This document shows positions 22,815 to 38,008 of a stretch of 64,000 nucleotides of DNA, piece after piece. Positions within the stretch are counted from its first letter, which is position 1; every line of letters starts with the position of its first letter. Origin of the DNA: Eledone cirrhosa (lineage: Eukaryota); the NCBI GenBank assembly GCA_964016885.1, contig OZ024745.1:92380001-92444000 (forward strand), written 5' to 3'. A program made the position numbers and the translations under genes. The notes beneath the pieces were generated by a model. It was not told the origin of the DNA, made no database searches, and was given only the letters and a program-made list of their open reading frames with translations.

Positions 22815-23726
22815 TTCCATCTTATCTATTCCATAACCCAGATTTTACCACTATTATGATATCACATTATCAGCATCATCATCATTATAATTATGATTAT
22901 AATTATAATTGTCATCATCTATCAAAGAACAACATCAAAACCTCTTATATTTAGATTCTTATTTTATATATCTCTATCTTTCACTCTCTATCTTTATATT
23001 TCTCTCCCTAAATTTATTTCATCTCTGTCATTTTATTTTATCATATAATATAACTTAAAACTAATTAATTAATTTATTTATTAAAATAACCAATACACAC
23101 ATAAATATATTTAACATTATCATATTTTCACCTTAATATCTCTCCATATATTTTAACAATTCTCAAAAACCATTCTCAATAATTTTAATGTTTAAATATT
23201 CTTCGCACATGTTTACTTCTTTTACGTATTTATTTTTATTCTTCATTTTTCACATTTTATACCATTTTATATCACATTAGATGTAATTTATTTATTTACT
23301 TATTTATTTATTTATCAATTTTTTATATATTTTTTCATATATTTTTTAAATATCTATTTTTATTTTCATTTATTCATGTATTAACGTTTATACATTTATT
23401 TCTCCCTCTATTCTTCTTTCTATCCTACGTTATTTCCACTTATGTTTGTCTCTCCTCTGTCTACCATCATCTTCTATATATTTTCTTCTCTTTATATTTT
23501 TATCTATAATAATTTCTCCTTTTTCTTCTTTTTTCTCTTTTTCTTTTTCTTTTTCTTTTTCTTTTTCTTTTTCCTTCTTCTTCTGTCTCCTTCATTTCCT
23601 TTCTTTCTTTACTGTATCTATCTCCCTTTCTTCCTCCTTTTCTCTCTATATCTTTATTATTAATATTATTATTGATGATGTAATTTGAATTTGTAAATTT
23701 GCCGGTTACATATATATATTTTTTAA

Positions 23727-23836
23727 CAGTTTCCGAAGATCTGATCGAGTTAACATCATATTTAAAATTGAGTGGCACTGCTTTTAGTGTTCAGCAATTT
23801 TTAGACAACTTTATCAGTGAAACAATTGTTAGACTG
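23727..23836 (+). ncRNA. Variant hammerhead motif HH4 in the Penelope pseudo-LTR (long stem II)
   Basis: CAGTTT-CCGAAGA-T-CTGAT...ATCAG-T-GAAAC-AATT-GTT-AGACTG. Stem III is palindromic and the core has C in place of U4. The inverted copy at ~20063-20173 has GAAT instead of GAAA. Confidence 0.6.
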
Positions 23837-24172
23837 CAAATAAATCCCCTTTGTTGTACTGTTGACCATGTTATTCTCCACTTTTTCAATTTTATTACTC
23901 CAAGATAAACTTACATAGGAATACAAGTGAAATCATAAACTCGTCATCTACGTAAACCTCTTGTTGAGTCAGGCAGCGCCGTACGCTAAAACTATCCATA
24001 ATAAGAAGTATTCACAACCTCTAATTGGATTACCTATAACGATATTTTGTTATCCTTTGTATATATATATACATATATATACATATATATACATATATAT
24101 ACATATATATACATATACATATACACACACACACACATATATACATACACACACACACATATATACATATAT

Positions 24173-24252
<80 letters not shown>

Positions 24253-24524
24253 GCATGCACACACACACACACACACACAGATATATATTTATTGCTGTCC
24301 TACTTTCATGCATATATTTTCCATATTGCTATGTAGTAAAACAGTTATTTTCACAGATTGCTGAGTGAGAGTCTAGAACATATATCAAAAGTGTCTTTGG
24401 GTGTATGTTCAAAGCTGTGAAATTAATTTTCTAATAAATCTATATTTTGTAAATTTTATACATTTATTTATTATAAATGAATTATATGTTCATAATTCTA
24501 TAGTTTTGAAGTGCTGAAAATTTG

Positions 24525-24772
24525 TTATCCTTTCAACAGCTATATCTGTTCAACAGCTATATCTGTTCAAAAGCTTTATCTGTTCAACAGCTATATCTGT
24601 TCAAAATCTATATCTGTTCAAAATCTATATCTGTTCAAAAGCTTTATCTATTCAAAATCTATATCTGTTCAAAAGCTTTATCTGTTCAAAAGCTATATCT
24701 GTTCAAAATCAATATCTATTCAAAAGTTATAGCTGTTCAAAGACTATATCTGTTCAAAAGCTTTATCTGTTT
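24525..24772. repeat. 17-bp minisatellite, about 14 copies
   Basis: Unit aa(a/c)a(g/t)ct(a/t)tatctgttc. Confidence 0.9.
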
Positions 24773-25439
24773 TAGACAATTCAGTTGCATTTTAACATAA
24801 TTTATAGATTTGTTAAACCATACCAAACTCTGTTAACAGCCATTATCCCCAAAATCTACAATTTCAATTTTCTTTACTTTTCACTATTTAGTATTACATC
24901 ATATCTAAAAGTAAAGTGTTCTATTTTTACTGTCATTTTGATAAAGTTTTGGGTTCTGTTTTTACAACACTAGATTTTTTTGAAGATAAAGAAATATCCA
25001 TTACTGAACTGAGAAAAAAAAATGGCGGATGATGATTTTACACATCATCATCATTGTTTAACATCCATTTTCCATGCTAGTATGGGTTAAACAGGCTGTC
25101 CCATTTGAGGCAAGTTGGGTCAAGTGACCGTGTCTTGCTCATATCTTAATCTTATTTCAAAAGAACCAAAATTATTTAATTTATATGAACTAAATGATAT
25201 AATAATAGATTTTAACTTGCTTCAAAGAATAGACCAAAACATTACTCCATTTTTAAAGCAGTCATTGACATTTTTTCTGTTGTATTTTTCCACGACATCA
25301 AACATCTATTAAAAACAATAGGCTTCAGTATATGTCAAATAAATGGAAATTCTTGTTTAAAAAGTGTTATTGTACAATGGAAATTAACTTTCTTTAATCC
25401 TAATAGGTCATTTGGTTCACCTTAAGCAAAATTATATGA

Positions 25440-25690
25440 CATATTGAAATGAATACTGACAAAATTGATATGAAAATGTATTCAATCATTTGTGGGGATT
25501 TAAAATTTATGAGTCTTTGTGTCAGCTGGGGAGTTGTAACAAATTGTTTTGTTTTCTATGTGAATAAGTTAACATTTAACATCAGGTTTAAAAGGTTTGT
25601 TTTGAAAAGGAAAAAAGTTAAAGAGAAAAACATCATCAATAAATCCATAGTAAATCCAAATAAAATATTGTTTCCACTATTTTACAAACT
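25440..25690 (+). mobile_element. Highly decayed Chapaev-type transposase fragment
   Basis: IICGDLK...EKNIINKSIVNPNKILFPL parallels the GDFKMV...NVMWEPLVDPRIVLMPPL region of the 10933-12651 element. Confidence 0.5.
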
Positions 25691-26049
25691 GATGTACAAA
25701 CCAATGAGGGAGCCTCGACATGGCAATTCAACCTGTTAGAAACAGCAGCTAGATCTACCTCAAAATATACTCTACCATCATAAAAATGGAATTAGATAAT
25801 GTAGTTCCAGATACACTATAGCCGAAGAAAGATGTAATGACTATGACATTCCACCTTTGATCATAAATAACAACATAACAGCAACTAGAAGTCAGAAAAC
25901 AATTTGTCAAGATTTAAAACAGAGAAGAGGCTTCATTAACCCTTTTAATTATAATTCCACCAAATTTGGATGTTAGTGAAAATTAATTGAAACACATAAG
26001 CATTAAAAATAGTCACAAAATGTTTAAATATGTGTGCTTTAAATTCCCA

Positions 26050-26835
26050 CATAGAGGCACTATTGATGTCATCTTCCTTGTGAGACAGCTGCAGGAGTAC
26101 TTAATTAAGAGTAAGCCCCTTTACCTAGTATTTGTTGGCCGAGAGAAAGTATTTTGCAGGATACTTTGCTCCATGATCTAGTGGGCTGTAGAGATAGGTG
26201 AATGGTTTGTGAGGGCTGTACCATTTACTAAAGTGCAGTTAGAATTAACAATGAATGATATGAAGAATTCACCATATATGTAGGGCTCCACCAAGACTCA
26301 GTCCTTAGTTCCCTTCTCTTTATTATAATCCAACAGGTAATATCAGAGGAGTTTAAACTGGTTGCCAGTAGGAATTCTTATATGCCAATGACTTAGTTCT
26401 CAGAACTGAATCTTTCATGGAATTAGAGAAGAAATTTTAGACATGGAAGGAAAACCTGAAATCAGAGGGTCTCAGAGTAAACTTAGCAAAGATTAAAGTA
26501 GGAAAGAAGACAGGATACAGATTGCATCAGGAAAAAGGAGTTAGAAGGAAATCCATATGTGTAGAAAATGTAAACTATGGGTTCACATGAGATTTTGCAG
26601 GATCATGTGCAAGGTAACAAAAAAGATAGACTTTGTATGTGGCAGATGCAGAGGAGGAGTTAGCAGCAAGAGAAAGCACACATGAAACAAGTATTATCAA
26701 ATGCCTAGAAGTCATTGACAGCTTCTGCTACTTAGGTGACCTAATTAATAGTGGAGGAGGATGTTCCAAAAGTACAGTTGTCAGAATGAGAACCAGGCTG
26801 GAAAAAATTCAGAGATCTACTATCTCTGCTGGCTA
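26050..26835 (+). mobile_element. Old decayed RTE RT fragment related to 6303-9311
   Basis: RGTIDVIFLVRQLQEYLIKSKPLYLVFV and LEVIDSFCYLGDLINSGGGCS match the intact ORF. Confidence 0.85.
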
Positions 26836-27449
26836 CAACTCATGCCAGTGTGGAAAGCAGACATTAAACAGTGTGGTGGTGGTGATGTTGTTACTGATAG
26901 CAGAGTAGGGGCGGGGAAATCTTTGATTATTTTCAGGTTAGGTAGTAAATTTAACACCAACACTTTCTTTCTTAATATGATAAGAACACAAGGGGAAAAT
27001 ACATCAATTTTCTTGACAATACTACCTCTGTGGACTCTGGAAAAAAACCACATCAGCTTTTTGCAAGAGTTTTCATGAATTATTATATAACAGGAGAGTT
27101 AAATTACATTTCCTGTATAGTTATTTAGTCTACTTTAGTGACATTGAAGAAACTATTATAACGGGGGAGGGGGGGGGGGGTAATGGTGGCTAGTCACTGA
27201 AGGAAGTGTTTGCTTGTTTGTTTGTTTTTTAGTCAAGGAGGGAAGGGAGTGTCCATAATCGTTTTCATTGCCCCTAAGACTAATGGGAGTGCTGCAGGTA
27301 GCCTCAAATAGGGGACCTTCCTTGCCTGAATGCTTGCAACAGAGTGGACTATACAAAAGGCACCCAAGTGGAGGTATTAAACTGGGCAAAAGGGTTAAAG
27401 GGTTAAATCTAGCATCCAAGATAATACCTACTTTTATTATGAAGCCGAT

Positions 27450-27800
27450 AAATTGTTTCTACTTTTGGCACAGCAATTTGAAAGGGAGGGAAAAGTTGAT
27501 TAATTCAAACACAGTATATTACAGGTACTTTATTTTATCAATCCCGTAAGGATGAAAGGCAAAGCTAACCTTAGTGGGATTTGAACCCAGAACTTAAAGG
27601 GACGTAACTCTATGTCACAAAGCATGATGTCCGGCATATAGTTACTTCTCTTTACATTCTGAGTTCAAATCTCACTGAAGTTAACTTTATCTTTCAGGCT
27701 TGATAGAAAAGGTACCAGTAACACACTGGGGTTGATTTAATCAATTTTCCCCTCCCACCCAAATTGTTGGCCTTGTGCCTAAATCAGGAACCATTATTAA
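27450..27800. mobile_element. Two SINE family A copies in divergent orientation
   Basis: A minus copy at ~27450-27635 and a plus copy at ~27640-27800, each with the B-box and core. Confidence 0.7.
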
Positions 27801-27806
27801 GACAAT

Positions 27807-28505
27807 AAATGGTGGTGCATTTGGCAGAATCATTGGAGCATTGGCCAAAATGGTGGTGCATTTGGCAGAATCATTGGAGCATTGGCCAAAATGGTGGTGC
27901 ATTTGGCAGAATCATTGGAGCATTGGCCAAAATGGTGGTGCATTTGGCAGAATCATTGGAGCGTCGGCCAAAATGGTGGTGCATTTGGCAGAATCATTGG
28001 AGCGTCGGCCAAAATGGTGGTGCATTTGGCAGAATCATTGGAGCGTCAGCCAAAATGGTGGTGCATTTGGCAGAATCATTGGAGCGTCAGCCAAAATGGT
28101 GGTGCATTTGGCAGAATCATTGGAGCGTCAGCCAAAATGGTGGTGCATTTGGCAGAATCATTGGAGTGTCAGACAAAATGGTGGTGCATTTGGCAGAATC
28201 ATTGGAGTGTCAGACAAAATGGTGGTGCATTTGGCAGAATCATTGGAGCGTCAGACAAAATGGTGGTGCATTTGGCAGAATCATTGGAGCGTCAGACAAA
28301 ATGGTGGTGCATTTGGCAGAATCATTGGAGTGTCAGACAAAATGGTGGTGCATTTGGCAGAATCATTGAAGTGTCAGACAAAATGGTGGTGCATTTGGCA
28401 GAATCATTGAAGTGTCAGACAAAATGGTGGTGCATTTGGCAGAATCATTGGAGTGTCAGACAAAATGGTGGTGCATTTGGCAGAATCATTGAAGTGTCAG
28501 ACAAA
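27807..28505 (+). repeat. 41-bp tandem repeat (about 17 copies) derived from the SINE tRNA-like head
   Basis: Unit aaaatggtggtgcatttggcagaatcattggagcgtcagac. The last unit continues into the SINE body (gagttcaaatcc, core) to ~28675. Confidence 0.9.
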
Positions 28506-28780
28506 ATGCTTTATTGCATTTAGTTGCAGCTTTTTACATTCTGAGTTCAAATCCAATCAAGGTTAACTTCAATTTTCATCCTTCTGATGTCAATAAAATA
28601 AAGTACCAGTAACACACTTGGGTCTATTTAATCAACTTTCCCCTTCCTCCAATTACTGGCCTTGTGCCAATGTTACGAAGAATTATGAAGATTATACACT
28701 TGCAAACCAAAGAAATAGAAGCTCCCACTCTCAGATTTGTTTTTCTTTTTTTGATTCACCTGAGTTTATCAAACTTTTAT

Positions 28781-28952
28781 TACCATATTTCCTGGCACCG
28801 AAGACGCTTCGTCGTCGAGGATGCACCCTAATTTCGACAACCAAACATTTGAAAAAAAATAATAAACAACCTTCGGTTTCCAGGAGTTTTGGTAGATTTT
28901 TGAGACTTGTTTTAGGAAAAAAGTAGCGTCTTCGACGCCAGGAAAAACGGTA
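28781..28952. mobile_element. Tc1/mariner (pogo-like) MITE
   Basis: TA-flanked imperfect TIRs: taccatatttcctggcaccgaagacgct / agcgtcttcgacgccaggaaaaacggta. Confidence 0.7.
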
Positions 28953-29050
28953 ATTTTGTAATAAAAAAGTGGATTGTTAGAAGACTGGACTAAATTCCTT
29001 ACACTATTTAGTTTTACCATGAATTCAACCAACACCAACTTCTGAAGTTG

Positions 29051-29253
29051 ATTAACTCTTTAGAATTTAAACCACCCATATCTAGCCAGAATTCTCTCAC
29101 CTTTTTCTGTTTAAACTGGCAGTAACTGGCCACTCATACTGATGTTAAAGTATTGTTCTTAAAATAAATAACAGCAAAATCTCATAGACTTGAGATTATC
29201 TGAGATATTATGTGAGATAAATACAATACTATATATAGAGTAATGTAAATGCT
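29051..29253. mobile_element. piggyBac-like MITE family 1 copy
   Basis: Similar to 13139-13367. Further copies are at 34392-34606 and 47523-47738. Confidence 0.75.
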
Positions 29254-30299
29254 TGTGCCAATATTAGAAATATTATGATAATAAAAGTCTTATAAATATG
29301 GTTGTGTCTTGTAAAATAGTTTGATGTGATTCATATATTTTGTCCTCATATTTGGATTCAGTACCTTCAAATTAGGTGAAAACAATGTCCTTTATGAAAT
29401 CAACAGAAAACATACCTTTCCCATTATATATTAGATTATATAACCTCAAAGTGATGAGCTCAGTAGTTCTCTGCTTGTGACAAATTAATCAACACTTGTC
29501 ACTGTTTACTTTAAGTTAGAACTGTAACAACGCTAGCTTATACTCCATTTACAATAACAGTGTGTTTGTCATTTAATATGTAAAGCTAACAATAGTTAGT
29601 ATTTTAGACAACTATTTATATAGAACACACCTATACAACATAAATATACTTACATCCTCAGAAAGAAATATCTGTTTGTTGTAAATATATTTGCAATATT
29701 TTTGCAATTATTTATATGAACTCAAGGTGCACTTAGGGGCCCAGGAGACACTAAAAAAACCACCAATATTAGGCTGTTGTTTTTGTTTTTTTATCCCAAA
29801 TCAGTTCCAATTGAGCAGACTGAAGGTAATTTAGGGAGATTAAAAGTGTTCTAACCTTGACCAAATCCAGGCATAATATTTCTAACCCTGCATTATCCAA
29901 TGTGTTTTTCTGTTGGTGAGATCTGAGAGAAATTTAGCAGCTAATTTTACCAGATTGGGCAATCATGTAGAGGATTCCTTGATAGCTTGTTGGTGCAATT
30001 CTTTAACACCCTGGTCAACCCTGATTGAGAAAACCTATAATCAAAAGCAATCAATATGTGACCATCCATATTTTTAGACTTATGTAGAACTTTATTATGT
30101 AATGTACAGATTCTTTTTATAAAATGACAGGATGGGTTCTTTGAGAAATTTGACTGCTATTTTTATCAAATCAAAGGAATATATAGACACTCCCTTTGTT
30201 ATCCTAATGGTTTGTTGTTCCATTGTGATTTGCTTCCCATCAATATTAAAATTGTCTATACAGATTAACACACTCAATTTGTCTCTTTTGAATTCACTC

Positions 30300-31335
30300 A
30301 CTACCTATCTCCTATTGCTATATAACATCATACTATGTCTTACTACTATAAAACACCTCACTAACTACTATACTATACAACATGACACTATATCTTACTA
30401 CCATACTATACAACACTACACTACACTATATCTTACTGTTAAACAACACCAAACTATGTCCTACTATACAATACCAAACTACACTATGTGATACTGCTAT
30501 ACAACACTACACCAACACCGCACTATGTCCTACTATACAATACCACACTACACTATGTCTTACTGCTATACAACACAACACCAACACCATACTATGTTTA
30601 ACTATACCATATCACACTAACTACACTATGTCTTACTGCTATACAACACAACACCAGCACCATACTATGTCTAACTATACCATACCACACTAACTACACT
30701 ATGTCTTACTGCTATACAACACAACACCATACTATGTCTAACTATACCATACCACACTAACTACACTATGTCTTACTGCTATACAACACAGCACCAACAC
30801 CATACTATGTTTAACTATACCATACCACACTAACTACACTATGTCTTACTGCTATACAACACTACACCAACACCATACTATGTTTAACTATACCATACCA
30901 CACTAACAACACTATGTCTTACTACTATACAACACAGCACCAACACCATACTATGTCTAACTATACCATACCACACTAACTACACTATGTCTTACTGCTA
31001 TACAACACTATACCAACACCATACTATGTCTAACTATACCATACCACACTAACTACACTATGTCTTACTGCTATACAACACTACACCAACATCATACTAT
31101 GTCTAACTATACCATACCACACTAACTACACTATGTCTTACTGTTATACAACACAACACCAGCACCATACTATGTTTAACTATACCATACCACACTAACT
31201 ACACTGTCTTACTTCTATACAACACTACACCAACACCATATTATGTTTAACTATACCATACCACACTAACTACACTATGTCTTACTGCTATACAACACTA
31301 CACCAACACCATACTATGTTTAACTATACAATACC
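30300..31335. repeat. 73-bp minisatellite made of two ~36-bp subunits, G-poor + strand
   Basis: Period 73 (tacactatgt at 30981 and 31054). It degenerates toward the 5' side. Confidence 0.9.
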
Positions 31336-31409
31336 AGGGCAGAGTTATATTCAATATAAAACACAAAGAAAACAAAATGGTTATAAAAACATTATTCTTT
31401 AGTTTACAT

Positions 31410-31597
31410 GGATTGGCAGTATTTGTGGAAGGTCGGACACCATGTTTTGCAGCATAGAGTTGCTCCCCTTTACGGTCTGAGGTCAAATCCAGCCGAGGTT
31501 AACTTTGCCTTTCATCTTTATGGGGTCGATAAAATAAAGTACCAGTAATGCACTGCGATAATTGCTGGCCTTGAGTCAAAGGTAGAAACAATTATTA
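31410..31597 (+). mobile_element. SINE family A copy just upstream of exon B
   Basis: tggattggcagta...gaggtcaaatccagccgagg...gtaccagt...gctggccttg. Confidence 0.75.
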
Positions 31598-31638
31598 GTA
31601 TTTTTATTCTAACTTCCATAACTTTGATCTTTTTACAG

Positions 31639-31704
31639 AACTACACTTAGAAGAGTGTCAACCAGCACCTGATGATGACACAATATCATTGTCGTCATGT
31701 GGAG
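31639..31704 (+). CDS. Host gene internal exon B (ELHLEECQPAPDDDTISLSSCG)
   Basis: ctttttacag acceptor, G|gtaagc donor, 66 nt, phase 1-1, in frame with exons A and C. Confidence 0.7.
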
Positions 31705-34700
31705 GTAAGCTGTTCTTTACAAACAACCAAACTATTTGTTTCACAATACTCTCTTCCTACCTTTTAATTTAACTACTAAATACTAAGTACTAAAGTATTT
31801 ATTAACAAGTGGGATTCTTTTGTTGTTGTTGCCAACAAAGTTTCTAAACATTGCATTTTTTTCTTTTCACAAAATATTATAAAATCTCCAAGTTATTGTT
31901 TTTATCCTGTCTTAATTTCCTAGTTGAAATTGCTCCATATTTCATATATGTCATTAATACTTTTGGAAAGGACCTATTCTGTTCGCTGAGACCGCAGGGT
32001 GGCCAGTGCATGGGCTCCTATTTGCATATAATAGTGTGAGATGGGGAAAGTGAGAGAGACAGACGCAGCGAGTGAAAGAGGGAGAACATCAACCCACACA
32101 TGCTCACATTTTTCAGTTGAAGTATTTTGGTTTCAAACAGCCACTTGTGGATTAACCTAAGGAAATATGATGAATATATTATTAATGTACCTGAAGATGT
32201 TTAAAGATTGGATTGTGTGAAAACTCATGTTAAATACATTTTAGAACAAGTAAATTGTTTTTACCACATCATATCTCAGAAATGTTGATATGTCAAAGGT
32301 GTTATGATGTGATAAGTTTTAGTCAACAACCTGACATGTCATCTGTTCTACTCCATTTTTTTTACTGTTTAGTCAAAGAAGAGCGGGGGAGGCAGTGCCC
32401 ATGGCTTTTCATGACCAGTGAAATTGGTGGGAGGGGTGGAGAGAAGGATTCTCAAACCATAGATGGGGTCCCAAACTCTTGCAACAGAGTGGACTCTACT
32501 AAAGGCACTTGGTGACCCAGGTGGAGGTGTTAAACCAAAAGATAAACTAAGTCTACCACCCAAGAAGGCCACCATGGAATTGGAACTCAGAGCAGAGAGA
32601 CCTCATAAAAATACCACAAGATATATTTTCCTAGACTCTAAAAACTCTGCCAGTTTGCTGCCTTTATTATCTTGGGAAAAGGGAGAACATATAAAAATCT
32701 CATAAATCTGAAGGTTCCTGCTTTTGCAAGTAATTAATTTCTTGGAAATAAAAAATGCGGGGGTTGTAGTTAAGTGAGACAGCAATAATTTTGATTTAAA
32801 TTCCCAGTTGAAACTAATTCAAATGAATTGGTTTCAGTAATGCCATTGAGAAAAGCAGAATATCATAAATTTCCACAACTACTTCCTTCTTCTATAAATA
32901 ATCTTTAGTAAATACAGTTATACAGCAATAAGGCCTTACTGAATGAAACTTGCAACTTGGTTTCAATTTGGTGGAAGTATTTTATTTATATTTACTTTGA
33001 AAAGACATGAACAGTACAGTTTCTCATTTTTCTCTCTCTATATATATATTGGATATCTAATGTACATCTTATGGAAATAAGCACTGGCAAATGTTGCGAT
33101 GTTGTAATATTCTCAGAGTACAACACAAATGACCTAGTTTCAATTTCCTGGTCAGAACCAATTATTTTTATCTTTACTTATGTCTTTATTTCCATTTTTT
33201 TTTTAACGTATGAATGACTCAACTTACTCTTTTTTCTCTCCTCTAAAACTATGTAAATCATTAAATTCCTATGTAAGAAATAATTTTTCAGAAAATTGTA
33301 CAAATAGTCAATATTTTTCTATTTATTAACAATCTGGTAAGTGGTATGTATAACTTATTCAACAGAGAAACCCACTGCCAAACCTTACCCTTTCATCAAA
33401 ATAATTGCAACATATTTCAAAACAATCCCACTTGTAAAACATTATATAATATCCTGTGTTCTCTGTTCCATTCCTTTTTTTAACTATTACTTCATGACAT
33501 ATGATTACCTAACTATATGTCAACAGTTATAAATATGATATCAATTTATTTACTGACCCTTAATGGCAGCTCTGCAAAATTTTATTAACTGGCATTTAGT
33601 TCTCCATAAATGTCAATACCATGTTCACTAGCACAAATGTAACAGCAATTTCAACAAGTTTCTATCAATATATGTTCTTATAATTACCAAAATAATTGAA
33701 TTCCTTTGATTTTGCTCAGTGACTATTTTGGACTGTTTTATACATAATGTTTATTATTTTGAAGAAAACATTAACCCTTTCATTATCACATTTCTAATGA
33801 AATACACTCTTTTAATTAATTAATGAAGAATTTTGAAGGATTTACTAAAATTATTAATTATTTCATTACTAAGATAGTAACTTAATGTAAGGTTCTTATC
33901 TAAAATTATGTTGGAAGATTTTAATTTAAATTGGAAACCTTTAAAATGGGTGGTCTTATTTCATAAAACAGAGATGGTTTGGGCCAGGTTGGTAACAAAC
34001 AGGTTAAAGTTATGAAGAAAGGGTAGAAGGCAATAAATGTTACTTAAATCAAATTATATAGGTTTGGTACTTCAAATGTTTATAGTATCTCTACTAGTGA
34101 ACAGACCATATTTTCTTCGTCTGCTTATTCCTGAGGGAGTCTTGGTGGGAGCAGAGTCCTCAAACACTCCTTCCAGCAAGTCCTGTCAGAAGCAAACATC
34201 TCTAACTGATCCGGCTAGATCCCCAAGTGAGACCAGCCAAGCTCATGGGTGTTATCCAACCATCTTGCTCAGGGTCTACCCCTGGGTCTCCTGCATTATC
34301 ACCATATTGAAAATCTTCAGAAAATTTTCAATATGATGCTAACATATTTCCATCAATATTTATAATGTTATTTATACAACTTTGAATAGATTAACTCTTT
34401 AGCATTTACATTACTCTCTATATACTACTGTATTTTTGTGGTAAAGGCTTTACCTCACATAATATCAAATCTATGAGATTTTCATATTACTTATATTGAG
34501 AACAATGCCTTAACATCAGTATGAGCTGTTGGTAATGGCCAGTTTGAACAGAAAGAGGTCAGAGAACTCTGGCCGGATACAGCCGGTTTAAATGCTAAAG
34601 GATTAAACAGAATAAAGATAGGTAAATAATACATGCTATTATAGTTCTGTTTTATACTTTTAAAGAATTTCTTTACTAATGCTGTTTCCTGTGGTACAGG

Positions 34701-35045
34701 ACATTAAGTGTTAGCTTTCATTAGATACTAAATTATTGTTGTTTTATCTGTAGGCTATATGTTTTAATAATAATAATAATAGAGACAAAACAACACAAAA
34801 CCAGAAAATATTTGACAGGCATTGAATATAAATGTTTTTCTTCTGTAAATTTTATAGTATTTGTTTTGTTTTGTTTTGTACCCCTTTTTTCCATTTATAT
34901 ATTTATTGTTTTTCTATATTTCTTTATTTTTTTGCCACATGCAAATGCCTTTTGAATTTTCATAATTAGACTTTATATATGTTGAGTAACATAAAAACAT
35001 CTGGTTATATATATATATACAAATTCAAGTGATATACGATATCTA

Positions 35046-36982
<1,937 letters not shown>

Positions 36983-37168
36983 TAAAAACCTCCCAGACCC
37001 ACACTGTAAATGTGGTTGGTGTTAGGAAGGGCATCCAACTGTAGAAAACCTGCCAGACAGTCCTATGCGAGCAAGACAATCACTCTTGCCTCAAGTGGGA
37101 CTACCCCCGTCCAAACCCATGCAAGCGTGGAACACGGACGTTAAACGTTGATGATGATGATGATGATG

Positions 37169-37170
<2 letters not shown>
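36983..37170 (+). mobile_element. Young RTE 3'-end copy with (GAT)n tail inside (TA)n
   Basis: Near-identical reverse complement of 61811-61993. Confidence 0.85.
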
Positions 37171-37267
<97 letters not shown>

Positions 37268-37271
37268 AATA

Positions 37272-37316
<45 letters not shown>

Positions 37317-37403
37317 ATATATAATAATATAATTTAGAGTTTACACTCAGGGGTCAATTACAATTATTCAGCTCTAAGAAAGAAGCATTTCTGAGTACAA
37401 TAG

Positions 37404-37956
37404 AAGTTAATATAAATAAATATATGATCAACACTTATGTGTTTTTACTGTAAATTGACAATAAATTAGCTAGAATGAAATATTTTAATTCAAATACATA
37501 TAGTCTGCCTGTATCGATCTAAAAATAATACATCTATACTCACAGACGTATATCGGCAATGGCCTGGTGCCTATACAAGTTTAAATTTCAAAATTCAAAC
37601 CTTTTCCGTAGATCAGTCCAAAACTTAAAACGTAAACATATTTCACAAGGGATGGTATAATATTGACATAATTATTTCAAAATTAATTAATTATGTCAAT
37701 ATTATACCATCCCTTGTGAAACATGATTACGTTTTGAGTTTCGGACTGATCTACAGAAAAGGTTTGAATTTTGAAATTTAAACTTGTATAGGCACCAGGC
37801 CATTGCCGATATACGTCTGTGAGTATAGATGTATTATTTTTTAGATCGATACAGGCAGACTATATGTATTTGAATTAAGATATTTCATTCTAGCTAATTT
37901 ATTGTCAATTTACAGTAAAAACACATAAGTGTTGATCATATATTTATTTATATTAA

Positions 37957-37959
<3 letters not shown>
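37404..37959. repeat. Fold-back element, ~270-bp arms, ~13-nt spacer
   Basis: 37404-~37675 is the reverse complement of ~37689-37959 with few mismatches. It lies between (TA)n tracts. Confidence 0.9.

Positions 37960-38008
<49 letters not shown>

Larger units (their letters stand above)
20010..24060 (+). mobile_element. Penelope-like retroelement with 5' inverted pseudo-LTR fragment, inserted in (TA)n
   Basis: RT + GIY-YIG coding remnants. 20010-20234 is the reverse complement of 23665-23891. TA/CA microsatellites flank both ends. Confidence 0.9.

Noticed and set aside
27807-28505. CRISPR-like array or repeat protein (ORFs 27775-28523)
   Set aside because: The units are contiguous with no unique spacers, there are no cas genes, and the context is eukaryotic. 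The 41-bp period is not a multiple of 3 and the unit matches a SINE head.
37340-37400. Possible decayed hammerhead next to the 37404 fold-back (also ~16600-16650)
   Set aside because: The core boxes are too degenerate to support a call.
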